Positions 47,624-56,762 of a DNA stretch of 64,000 bases are shown here, in pieces. A program made the position numbers and the translations under genes. Numbering within the stretch: position 1 is the first letter of the stretch; each line of letters opens with the position of its first letter. The stretch comes from a virus. Taxonomy: Duplodnaviria; Caudoviricetes. The notes under the pieces are model-generated. The model saw only the letters and a program-made list of their open reading frames with translations, searched no databases and was not told where the DNA came from. The stretch is from the IMG/VR virus record IMGVR_UViG_3300031992_000084, positions 6,115-70,114 of that record. One strand, 5' to 3'.

Positions 47624-48080
47624 GATGTTCTCCGGGAGGAGCGAGCGTCGTTTCGCGGAGATCGACTCGCGTTACCGCGTGAGTGACGACGGCCTGGTGT
47701 GGTCCGGCGGTCTTCCGCTAGTCGCGATCGGCGGCGAGGGCGTGAACCTGCACGGGCGTCGGGTGAAGGTGGCGTACCTGGTCGCCCGTGCGTTCGTGGC
47801 GAATCCCGAGTGCCGGAAGTGGGTGAGGCATAAGAACGGTGACCGGATTGACAATCGGGCGGAGAATCTGGAGTGGAGTGACGAGAAGGAGGAGAAGGCG
47901 AGGGGCCGGAGGCCGGATGTGCGCTGGATCATGGCGTGGCGGAAGAGCGGCGAGTCCGCCGGCTGCTGGGGCAGCGTGCGGGAGGCGAGCGTGGAGACCG
48001 GGGTGGATGCGGCGGCGATCCGTGCGTGCCTTTACGGGAGGCGGAAGTTCGCGGGCGGACTGATGTGGCGGGATTTGTAG
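47624..48080 (+). CDS. HNH endonuclease-like protein with C-terminal NUMOD1-like HTH
   Basis: VAYLVARAFVANPECRKWVRHKNGDRIDNRAENLEWS; SVREASVETGVDAAAIRACL. Confidence 0.75.
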
Positions 48081-48134
48081 TCGGTGCGGCACGGAATTTG
48101 ATGAGAGTGTGGAATTTTATAAACGAGTAATGAT

Positions 48135-48380
48135 ATGTACAAGATTTGCGACAAGGTGGTGTATCTGAACACCGCGAGCGGCCGTTTCGAGACGGTCGAG
48201 ATCAAGGGGATCCAGGTGGTTCCCACGGGTATTTCCAAGGACGAGTCCGGTGCGAATGTGCTGGACGGCCAGGTGGTGTTGTACCAGACCGTGGACGGTC
48301 CGGTGTTGGCGGAGACGGAGGTCTTCGGCAGCGAGGAGGAGGCGAAGAAGCACTGGCTGGATGTGCTTGAGAAGCTGTAG
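48135..48380 (+). CDS. Hypothetical protein
   Basis: 81 aa, A-rich start context. Confidence 0.65.
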   Translation: MYKICDKVVYLNTASGRFETVEIKGIQVVPTGISKDESGANVLDGQVVLYQTVDGPVLAETEVFGSEEEAKKHWLDVLEKL

Positions 48381-48494
48381 TGTTTCTTACACGGCGCACG
48401 TTCTTTGATAGCGTTCTCCCGAGCCCGTGCCGTGGCGGGCGGAGGCGGCCGATGTGGGCTGCGGAACGCGATAGTTAGTTCAAATGTGTTGGCA

Positions 48495-48564
48495 GGCCGG
48501 GATGGTCGCCCGTGCCGCCGTCGGATGGCGGCGCGAGACGGAGGTCCGATTCCTCCGCCGGCCA
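48495..48564 (+). ncRNA. tRNA-like element
   Basis: GGCCGG/CCGGCC acceptor-like stem, GCCGCC-N7-GGCGGC hairpin, GGAGG-TCCGATT-CCTCC T-arm, discriminator-like A. Confidence 0.5.
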
Positions 48565-48691
48565 CTGTAAATGATGCGTCACTGGGTACGGCGCAGGGAA
48601 GAAATTTTTGCCAGAGCGGGCAGGGAGTACCCACCTTTCTTCGGAGAGGCCCTGTTCGTTCTGGCTTTTTGACTAAAAACCGCAATTTTTA

Positions 48692-50182
48692 GTGAGATTT
48701 GATTACATAGTGGATTACTTATGCTCGACGGCCGGCGCGACGATTGACGGGTGCGGGTCGACGGACCAGAGCATAAACAAGCTGACGGAGTCGTCGATGG
48801 CGATGGCGTTCCGTCGCTACATCTGCGGTGTTGACGGTGACGAGGGGTGCGATTTCTTCAAGATGGACGAGGATGACCAGTTGTATGTGTTCAACGGGGA
48901 GTATTTCGAGATCGTGAAGGACGAGATGCTGACGGAGATCATCGTTGAGACGATGCAGCGGATGAGCGTAGGTCTGGTATATGTAACGAACTCTGCCGAG
49001 CGGATCAAGGAGTTCTGTCTTAACAAGCTGCGTGCTGACGAGCGTTGTCACTTTGATCCGGACCGGAGGTATGTCTGTTTCCGGAACGGGGTGTTCGACT
49101 GCGAGACCGGCAAGTTGAACGGCTTTGATGTGAAGTACAAGACGGACATCATCCTGGACTTCGATTATGTCTCCGGCTCCAGGTCCGGTCTTTGGGACAA
49201 GGTGTTGGCGCAGACGGTGCCCGACGAGAGCATGCGCGAGACATTCCATCAGTTCTGCGGATGTTTTCTCGCGAAGCGTTCGGAGTACAAGATCGAGTAC
49301 ATCTGTTTCGTGGTCGGCGAGGGTCAGAACGGCAAGAGCATCATCTGCAAGGCGGTTATCAACATGCTCGGCCGTGGAGTGGCGAGTTCGTACAGTCCGG
49401 AGCAGCTGTTCCGTGGCGGGAACCAGGCGGAGTACCACCTTGCGGATGTAAACGGCAAGATCGTGAACTACTGCGACGATGTGTCGAAGAAGGATTTCTC
49501 CGGCGGCGACTTCAAGGCTTTCGTGAGCGGCGGGGAGTTCACGGGGAGGCATCCTTATTCAAGGAGGCCGACGAAGGTGACGAAGGTGCCGCTGATGTTG
49601 TGCTGCGCGAACGGGATGCCACCGACGACCGACGACACGGACGGCTATTTCAGGAGGTTCCTGATCATTCTTGCGCCGAATCATATAGACGAGCGGGACA
49701 AGGATGTTACGCTTGAGAAGAAACTGATGGCGGATGATGTGCGTGCCGCGATTTTCAACTGGATTTATGAGGGTTACAGGACATTCGTGAAGAATTCCGG
49801 CAAGATTGAGATTGCGGATAGCGTGAAGGACATGGTCAACGAGATGAAGGAGAACTCCAACTCGTTGCGCCGCTGGATTTCCACGATGGGATACTGGGCC
49901 GCTCCGGACCCGGAGTACGCGTCGGCTCCCGGCTGGAAGAGCCTCAAGGAGTGGGTTCAGGAGTACATAGAGTATTGCAAGGACTGGGGAGAGACACCCC
50001 GGAGCCGGAGTGCCGTGACGGAGCAGTTCAAGAAGATGGGCTGCGTGTCCAAGCGGCGTTCCGACGGGATATGGTATTATATGGAGCAGCGGACCGACGC
50101 CGAGGCGGAGAAGGCCGAGAAGAAGGAGAAGCTGTCGTTTGATCCGGCTCCGGTTGTGGACGATTCAGACTTGCCTTTCTGA
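48692..50182 (+). CDS. D5-like SF3 replicative helicase
   Basis: FRNGVFD, Walker A GEGQNGKS, CDDVS, RRFLII. Confidence 0.88.
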   Translation: MRFDYIVDYLCSTAGATIDGCGSTDQSINKLTESSMAMAFRRYICGVDGDEGCDFFKMDEDDQLYVFNGEYFEIVKDEMLTEIIVETMQRMSVGLVYVTNSAERIKEFCLNKLRADERCHFDPDRRYVCFRNGVFDCETGKLNGFDVKYKTDIILDFDYVSGSRSGLWDKVLAQTVPDESMRETFHQFCGCFLAKRSEYKIEYICFVVGEGQNGKSIICKAVINMLGRGVASSYSPEQLFRGGNQAEYHLADVNGKIVNYCDDVSKKDFSGGDFKAFVSGGEFTGRHPYSRRPTKVTKVPLMLCCANGMPPTTDDTDGYFRRFLIILAPNHIDERDKDVTLEKKLMADDVRAAIFNWIYEGYRTFVKNSGKIEIADSVKDMVNEMKENSNSLRRWISTMGYWAAPDPEYASAPGWKSLKEWVQEYIEYCKDWGETPRSRSAVTEQFKKMGCVSKRRSDGIWYYMEQRTDAEAEKAEKKEKLSFDPAPVVDDSDLPF

Positions 50183-50183
50183 T

Positions 50184-51107
50184 ATGGCTAAAGCGGATAT
50201 ATACAGGGGTCTTTACGACCCGGTCGTGGCGCTCCGGAATGCTCCGAAGTTGCTGGGGATGGACCTGAAGGAATGCGGCCCGAACAAGATTGAGGGCGGC
50301 TATTATCTGAACGGTGATATTCACCCGTTCCGGAAGGACAAGTTGAAGGTTTTCATCAGCCGGGGCGGAGTATGGGTCATGGAGGAGGGTGACCGGTGCA
50401 TTTCTCTTCCACAGTGGCTGATTGAGTTCGGTGGCGCTGCGGATTTCCGCGACGCTGTGAGGATGATCAACGGCGAGAGTCAGGCGATCGTGTGGAACCG
50501 GAGCGTGCGGGAGAGTGCAGTGCGTGATGTGCGGTATGTGAGCCCGGATGTGCTGCTCGGTGCGAAGCAGTATTCGCTGGACGGGTGCCCGCTTTTCAGG
50601 TGGATGTGCGGCCTGTTCCCCGAGGAGAAGGTTCGTGAGGCGTGGAGCATATACAATGTGACGACCGACTCTCACTGTAACGCGGTATACTGGTATGTGG
50701 ACCAGAGCGGTCGAGTGTTGTACGACAAGAGGATTTCCTACAAGGAAGACGGGCATCGCGACAAGGGCTTCTTCCCTGGTCGTCAGTACCGGGTGGCTGA
50801 CGGGTACACCGGGAGGTGCTATTTCGGTGCGTGTCTTCCGGAGGACGGGAAGAAGGTGTTCGTGTGCGAGAGTGAGAAGTCTGCGGTTCTTGGATATCTG
50901 TACTGGGGAAGGCGGTTCGTGGCGACCGGAGGGAAGGGGAATCTGCGGGAGATCGGCCCGGACATGATGCTCGTGCCTGACATGGATGCGAGGATCGAAT
51001 GGGAGGAGAAGGGAGAGGTATGGCCCTGGTGGGAGAAGTGGCCGTCTGGAGAGGTCATTCCCGACCACGCCGATATCGGAGATTTGATTGAAAGGAGATT
51101 GAAGTAA
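50184..51107 (+). CDS. TOPRIM-type DNA primase
   Basis: VFVCESEKSA, VATGG, LVPDMD motifs; adjacent to the helicase. Confidence 0.7.
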   Translation: MAKADIYRGLYDPVVALRNAPKLLGMDLKECGPNKIEGGYYLNGDIHPFRKDKLKVFISRGGVWVMEEGDRCISLPQWLIEFGGAADFRDAVRMINGESQAIVWNRSVRESAVRDVRYVSPDVLLGAKQYSLDGCPLFRWMCGLFPEEKVREAWSIYNVTTDSHCNAVYWYVDQSGRVLYDKRISYKEDGHRDKGFFPGRQYRVADGYTGRCYFGACLPEDGKKVFVCESEKSAVLGYLYWGRRFVATGGKGNLREIGPDMMLVPDMDARIEWEEKGEVWPWWEKWPSGEVIPDHADIGDLIERRLK

Positions 51108-51502
51108 TGTGTGTTTGGAATGTTAGCGCAAAGGACAGGATGTGCATTTACTGTTCTTATTTCGGCGGATGCGAGCGTCGGAGCATGAAGGCTCCGGAGC
51201 CGGTGATGGAAGTTTTTGACAATTATGTGTCGATCATGTCCGATATTGTTGGCGGGAATATCCTTAGCAGCACCCGTCTTCGCGACATCGTGTGGCCGAG
51301 GCATATGGTTGCGTATAAGATGAAGTCATATGGTTATTCTTACACTCAGATTGGCGAATGCTTCGGTAAGAACCACGCGACCGTTATCAACGGTGTCCAT
51401 CGTGTCCGCGACATGCTCGAGTACCCGAAGGCGTACGAGCACGAGATGAAGATTTGGAATGAATTCAATATAAAAACAGAATTATGTGGGAAAAAATTGT
51501 AA
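51107..51502 (+). CDS. DnaA domain IV-like HTH protein
   Basis: RLRDIVWPRHMVAY...SYTQIGECFGKNHATVINGVHRV; N-terminal CxxC-x-C. Confidence 0.7.
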   Translation: MCVWNVSAKDRMCIYCSYFGGCERRSMKAPEPVMEVFDNYVSIMSDIVGGNILSSTRLRDIVWPRHMVAYKMKSYGYSYTQIGECFGKNHATVINGVHRVRDMLEYPKAYEHEMKIWNEFNIKTELCGKKL

Positions 51503-51969
51503 GATGGTGGTATTTCAAGGTAAATAACCCCATTGTCCGCAAGGGCGAGCACGGCGGATTCAAATGGTGCTTCCGTAGGTACTGGCTTGATATCGAAACC
51601 GTAAGCGGCAATTTCTCCGCCCGCTTTATGGCCGCAGAGCATCCGTACGCGTATCTTCTGTGCGGAGAGGACGAGGGCAACATCGAGGGCTTCTGCCAGA
51701 TGGTGTATTCTATCGGGATGCTCCTGACGACGGACCAGGGGCTGGTCGACGATGTACGCAAGGCCTTCCAGAAGTATGCGAAGCGCAAGGAGAAATCCCA
51801 GCCGGAGCCGGATGTCGACCGTGATGCGGAGGATATCGTGTCCATCGAGCAGGTGAAGCAGGTCCAGGAGTATATTGAGAAGCCGAAGTCTGAGCGCCGT
51901 AAGGAAGACCGTAAGACCGACAGGAACTTCAGGCGGACCGTGAAGGAGGCGGCGAAGGATGAATCTTAA
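51484..51969 (+). CDS. Hypothetical protein
   Basis: 161 aa in a coupled operon. Confidence 0.7.
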   Translation: MWEKIVRWWYFKVNNPIVRKGEHGGFKWCFRRYWLDIETVSGNFSARFMAAEHPYAYLLCGEDEGNIEGFCQMVYSIGMLLTTDQGLVDDVRKAFQKYAKRKEKSQPEPDVDRDAEDIVSIEQVKQVQEYIEKPKSERRKEDRKTDRNFRRTVKEAAKDES

Positions 51970-52288
51970 CAAATATCAGGAGAAGGCTCTGGAGACCGCG
52001 ATCTATCCGGAGCAGTACAAGATTATCTATCCGGCGCTTGGCCTCAACGGCGAGGCCGGAGAAGTGGCGGAGAAGGTCAAGAAGATAATGCGTGGGGACA
52101 GCGGCCTTAGCGCGAACCGGATGACGGACATCGCCCTTGAACTTGGCGATGTTCTGTGGTATGTCGCCACCTGCGCGGCTGACCTCGGCTATTCTCTGGA
52201 GGATATCGCAAAGATGAACATCGAGAAGCTGTCCATGCGCCAGAAGAAGGGCCTTCTCGGCGGAAACGGAGACCACAGGGGGGAATAA
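51959..52288 (+). CDS. mazG: MazG-like nucleotide pyrophosphohydrolase
   Basis: LGLNGEAGEVAEKVKK...LELGDVLWYVA...NIEKL. Confidence 0.88.
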   Translation: MNLNKYQEKALETAIYPEQYKIIYPALGLNGEAGEVAEKVKKIMRGDSGLSANRMTDIALELGDVLWYVATCAADLGYSLEDIAKMNIEKLSMRQKKGLLGGNGDHRGE

Positions 52289-53130
52289 TGCTGAGTTACG
52301 AGAGAAAAATAGAGTCGGCGATCAGGCTGATCAAGAGCATCCCGCAGGACTGTGAGATCGGCCTTGCCTACTCTGGCGGAAAAGACAGCGACTGCATCCT
52401 GGAATTGGCAAAGATGGCCGGTGTCCGGGTGCGTCCTGTCTATTTCCAGACGAGTATCGATCCGCCTGGTACGACCGCACATGTGAAGGAGATGGGCGTT
52501 GAGATCGTAAGGCCGCCGGAAACCTTCTTCCAGATTGTAGAGCGGAAGGGGAATCCGAGCCGTTTTAAGCGTTTCTGCTGCGAAATTCTCAAGGAAAAGT
52601 GGTTTGCAGATAGGATTATTGTAGGGATTCGTCGATCGGAGAGTCAGAGGCGGGCCGAAAGGTATAATGAGCCGGAGGTGTGCCGTATTTATGGGAAAGG
52701 GAAGAAATCCAGACAGTATCTTCCTATTCTGGAGTGGAATGATGAAGATGTAGAAAGGTTTATAAAAGAGCGCGGGATAAAATGCGCTCCGGTTTATTAC
52801 GATGACGCAGGAGAATTCCGGGTCGAGCGCCGTCTTGGGTGCATCGGATGCCCTTTGAAGTCCGACAACGGGCTTTCTGACTACGAGAAGTATCCGAAGT
52901 TTCTCAAGGCGCAGATCAGGGCGTACCAGCGGTACCTTGACAAGCATACCACATCGAAATGGTACAAGAGAATCGGCGGAAGTGCTATAAATACATTCTT
53001 TTACTACCTTTTCTGCCATTCTTACGATGAGTATGAAATGTTGACCGGGGGGGGGCAACTGTTTGAAAGTGAGCGAGTTAACCCAAAAGTTTTTATGGAG
53101 AACCATTTCGGCATAGATTTTGAAGGTTAA
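52288..53130 (+). CDS. PAPS-reductase-family (PP-loop) protein
   Basis: AYSGGKDS, RFCCEILKE, GIRRSES.RR, PILEW, RLGCIGCP; G9 tract at 53047-53055. Confidence 0.85.
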   Translation: MLSYERKIESAIRLIKSIPQDCEIGLAYSGGKDSDCILELAKMAGVRVRPVYFQTSIDPPGTTAHVKEMGVEIVRPPETFFQIVERKGNPSRFKRFCCEILKEKWFADRIIVGIRRSESQRRAERYNEPEVCRIYGKGKKSRQYLPILEWNDEDVERFIKERGIKCAPVYYDDAGEFRVERRLGCIGCPLKSDNGLSDYEKYPKFLKAQIRAYQRYLDKHTTSKWYKRIGGSAINTFFYYLFCHSYDEYEMLTGGGQLFESERVNPKVFMENHFGIDFEG

Positions 53131-53151
53131 GTACACCAAATTTTGATTTAT

Positions 53152-53691
53152 ATGGAGTCACAAGAGAACATTCACTACAGGGTAGGTGGGAAATTGACCC
53201 ACTGCGGCGTGGAGTGTCTGCCACAGGGGCAGGACATCCCGCGAATTGTAATCGAGAGGATCGAGTACAAGGAAAAGGAAATGATTAACGGTCGTTCCGA
53301 GGAGGGGGTCTGGGTTGCCCATTTCGCCCAGAATCCTTACACGAACCTTCCGTTTATCCTCAACGCGACGAACCGGAAGCGTCTCATCAAGCAGTTCCCA
53401 GAGTGCGACGGCTACCCGGCAAGGCTGAAGAACATCGCAGTTCGCCTCACGAAGGAGCGCTGCCGCGACGTACAGGACGGCGGGGAGACCTGGGGTCTCC
53501 GCATCAGCAAGCTGCCCGCCGAGGGGCCCGCACCGAAGAAAGTGATCACCGATGACAAGGTCGGGACGATCGTGGACTGGGCGAAGAAGAACGGATATAC
53601 AATCGACAAGGTGGCAGAGAAGTATGATTTTGCGAGCGAGTCCGTTCGGAAGACGATTGCGCTCGCTTTGAGTAACGATTTACCGGAATAG
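53152..53691 (+). CDS. Putative ssDNA-binding/annealing protein
   Basis: PFILNATNRK motif; directly upstream of the exonuclease. Confidence 0.5.
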   Translation: MESQENIHYRVGGKLTHCGVECLPQGQDIPRIVIERIEYKEKEMINGRSEEGVWVAHFAQNPYTNLPFILNATNRKRLIKQFPECDGYPARLKNIAVRLTKERCRDVQDGGETWGLRISKLPAEGPAPKKVITDDKVGTIVDWAKKNGYTIDKVAEKYDFASESVRKTIALALSNDLPE

Positions 53692-53694
53692 ACT

Positions 53695-54423
53695 ATGACA
53701 CAGACAGAAAAGTGGCTCGAAAAGAGGCTCGGAATGATTACCGCGTCCGAGTTGGGATCGATAACGAGCGCCAGCGGTAAGATAATTGACACGAACCTTT
53801 CATACATCCGTTCCAAGAGGTGGGAGCGTTCACATGGTTTCGCGCACAATATGTCCGCGAGGCCGATGGACATCGGTAACGAGCAGGAGCCGTACGCATT
53901 TTTGTGGTGCGAGCGTAATCTCGGTCTGCCGAAGTTGGTTTACTCCAAGAATTGCACGGAAATTCCTTTCTGGGTTTCCCCGGACTGCCCTCTCGGTGCT
54001 TCTCCGGACGCTTTCACGCCAGACGAGAGCATTGTCATTGAGATCAAGACGCTTGTAGGAGCCACCTCGATTGAATTCTTCGGCGATCCGTACACATCGT
54101 ACGAAGAGAAGAAGATTGCGGTCTGGAAGGATCACGGCGACCAGATTCTCGGTCAGTTTATCTCCAATCCGAAAGTTGAGGAGATCTGGCTTGTCAAGTA
54201 CATTTACCAGGACGACGACATCGTGAAGGACACCGATCCGATTGATGCTCCGTGGCGCGGGCTTGTGTTCAAGTTTGCGAGGAAGGATTATGAGAGCAGC
54301 ATTGCGGAACTTCGCTCCCGCATTCTGCTTTTTGATGCGATGATTTCATCCCAGATGAACCCGTCCGAGTTCAAGTCCGGGAAGTGGTCTGTTGTTGACG
54401 GAGAGTTATGCAAGAAAGACTGA
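53695..54423 (+). CDS. YqaJ/lambda-type exonuclease
   Basis: WLEKRLGMITAS, GNEQEP, GASPD, VIEIKT. Confidence 0.85.
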   Translation: MTQTEKWLEKRLGMITASELGSITSASGKIIDTNLSYIRSKRWERSHGFAHNMSARPMDIGNEQEPYAFLWCERNLGLPKLVYSKNCTEIPFWVSPDCPLGASPDAFTPDESIVIEIKTLVGATSIEFFGDPYTSYEEKKIAVWKDHGDQILGQFISNPKVEEIWLVKYIYQDDDIVKDTDPIDAPWRGLVFKFARKDYESSIAELRSRILLFDAMISSQMNPSEFKSGKWSVVDGELCKKD

Positions 54424-56544
54424 CGGACATCATTGATGTCAACGGATGTATAGTGCGTGGCGACTACGGCGTCGAACTCGCCCATCTTCGCGAGGTGGAC
54501 GGCGCCGTAGAAGTCATCCGCACCCCGGAGTGCAGCCTCGGTATGTATTTCAATATCCTTTCGTACCTTATCGATCTTGGTTTTGATGTAGTATGAGCAG
54601 CACCCTCCTTACAAGAACTACGGCCCCGAAGGTTATCCTATTTTTTGATTTGTGTTTCAAGAGAGGAGTCATTGACGCCTGTGAGGAGGGTGACGACCTC
54701 GGTGTAAAGGAGTTTTATGAGAAGAGGCTTGCCGACTGGCGGCTCGGCCCGATCGGTTCTGACGATGACTACGACTGGCATATGTACAGATACTGGCTGT
54801 ACTGGATCGCTCGGGAGCACCGCCTGAAATCTCTTGCAGAGAGTTATCTTTTTAGGCTGAACCGGAAGAACTATGTCTGGTGCTTGTTGCCGTATTGTAT
54901 GCGGTTTTATCTTATGGGCATCAGTGAGTGGCTGAAGTACCCCAATCCGGCCCCGATCGAGATTTTCAAGGGGCGGCCGAGGGTACACTGGGACCCGAAC
55001 TCTCCGAACCAGGCGATTACGCGGATAGACATTATGTCCTATCTTCATAATTTCGAGTACGAGTATATGAAGTTGCCAGAAGAGGTAAAGCAAGTCGGAG
55101 ATATGCCGATGAGCAGTTTCGTAAAGGCGCTGTTTGACTTAAGTCGTAAGTATGTCACGGGTCGTGAGGAAGAGGATTTTTAGGCCGGCGCACGAAAAGC
55201 CCGGCAAATTCTGGCTAGATTACATTCTGCTCCCGTACGGGCAGTTCTACGACAAGACGAAGGGCTTTCTTAAGGCAAAAAGCGGAGACACGCTCAGATT
55301 CTTTAACGGCCCGGATGTTGAGATCGAGAGCGCGACGCTTATAGATACTGGCAGCATGTGCGATTTTCTGTGCAAAATGAGATACGGGATAACATGGGAT
55401 GTGGCGTTTCGGAAATGGATGTCGTATGCGAGGATGGAGGGTAACGGGAAGGATATTTTAAGCAAGGACAAGTGTATTTTGGTAATATTGAAGACTGATG
55501 ACGATAAGAAGCAAATATAGTGAGTTGTTGTTGGCACCGGCCAATGCTTTGCAGGCGGGAATGAATGCGGAGTATGTCACTGCAGACGGAGTAAAGGTTC
55601 GGGTTGAGCCGCAGACGACTTGGAACAATAATGACGGTGCGTATGACGATGAACTTGAAACGATGAGTCAGTCCCTATTCAAATGTTCATTCAAGTTCGT
55701 GAAGTCTTTGTGGATCGGTAGGCTGGGTGTGCTGTCTGATTATTGGCATTTAATAAAACTTATAAAGATATGAATATGATAACTGAAGATTTATTTAGGT
55801 ATGGCATAACGCCGAAGGAAGGCGAGTTCGCCGGTGAGAAGTTTATTGTGGATGCAATTAACCGGGGCGCAGTTATCTGCCACCTAGAGGAAGACGCGAA
55901 ACACCTTGAGGAGTTCCCTCACGGAACCTACGACATCTGGCAGGAGCCGAGGACGCTGTTCGAGGACTCGACCATTAAACCGACCTGGGGTAATCTAAAG
56001 AAGGCCGCTGAGAAGGCTGGTATCAGTGACGACATGGAGTTTGCCGTAAGATTCAGCGAGTTTTTCGACAGCCATTACAAGCAGGCCAGTTTCGAAATAA
56101 AGGAACTTTACAAAAGTGGTGGAGAAAAGGTTAAATGCATTTTGGTACAATAGTATGGAAACAAATTTATTCCCTTTGAAGTACCGCCTCCGTAAGACGG
56201 GGGAGCTGGTAGATATTGTCGCTTGGGAAACCGCCGAGAAGGGTGCCCGCAGCGAGAGTGACTGGGTGTCGTATATCGACTCCGCTGGTGTGGAACATAT
56301 CAAAGAGCACCTGACGCTCGAATGGGATTTCGTTATTCAGACTCCGTTTGAGAAAGGATTTCTCGACGCGCTGAAACCGAGTTTTCCGGAGTATGATGTG
56401 TGGGAGGGGAGAAGGTATGAGCTGACGAAGGAGTTATATTTCAGGGAATGGGATTCGGACGCAGCCTTCGATGTCGATGTTGATGACGTGGTCGCAATCG
56501 CCGACGAGATTATCGCCGCTCTGAAGAAGTCCCCGGAAGCATAG
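54408..56544 (+). CDS. Six coupled hypothetical ORFs (54408..54596, 54593..55183, 55152..55520, 55498..55773, 55770..56153, 56155..56544)
   Basis: Tightly packed plus-strand ORFs with no recognisable family. Confidence 0.6.
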
Positions 56545-56690
56545 AAAGAATTAAAGGATAGCGAGGCCATCTTCGAGTGTACATAGGAAGAGGAATAATA
56601 TTCAGTCGCGTGTCGGGTACACGGTGTAACTAACAGCTCGCTATCATTTTACCACGGCGTAATTGCCAAGGAGTGCACTAACGGCGGCGT

Positions 56691-56762
56691 ATCGGTGCGG
56701 ATGATGGACAAGACCAGCCGCTACTGGCGGAGGAGGCACGAGAAATTCGCACCGATTTTTTG
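56691..56762 (+). terminator. Large-loop terminator before the HNH promoter
   Basis: ATCGGTGCGGA (56691-56701) pairs with TTCGCACCGAT (56746-56756), followed by a T-run. Confidence 0.5.

Noticed and set aside
48405-48692. 95-aa ORF upstream of the helicase
   Set aside because: TTG start, Arg/Gly/Ala composition expected from GC-rich hairpins; better explained as structured RNA.
56695-56750. Hammerhead ribozyme (TGATGGA...GAGAAA); also TTGATGA...GAAA near 45095-45120 minus
   Set aside because: The core CTGANGA and GAAA are not exact and stems I-III cannot be assembled.
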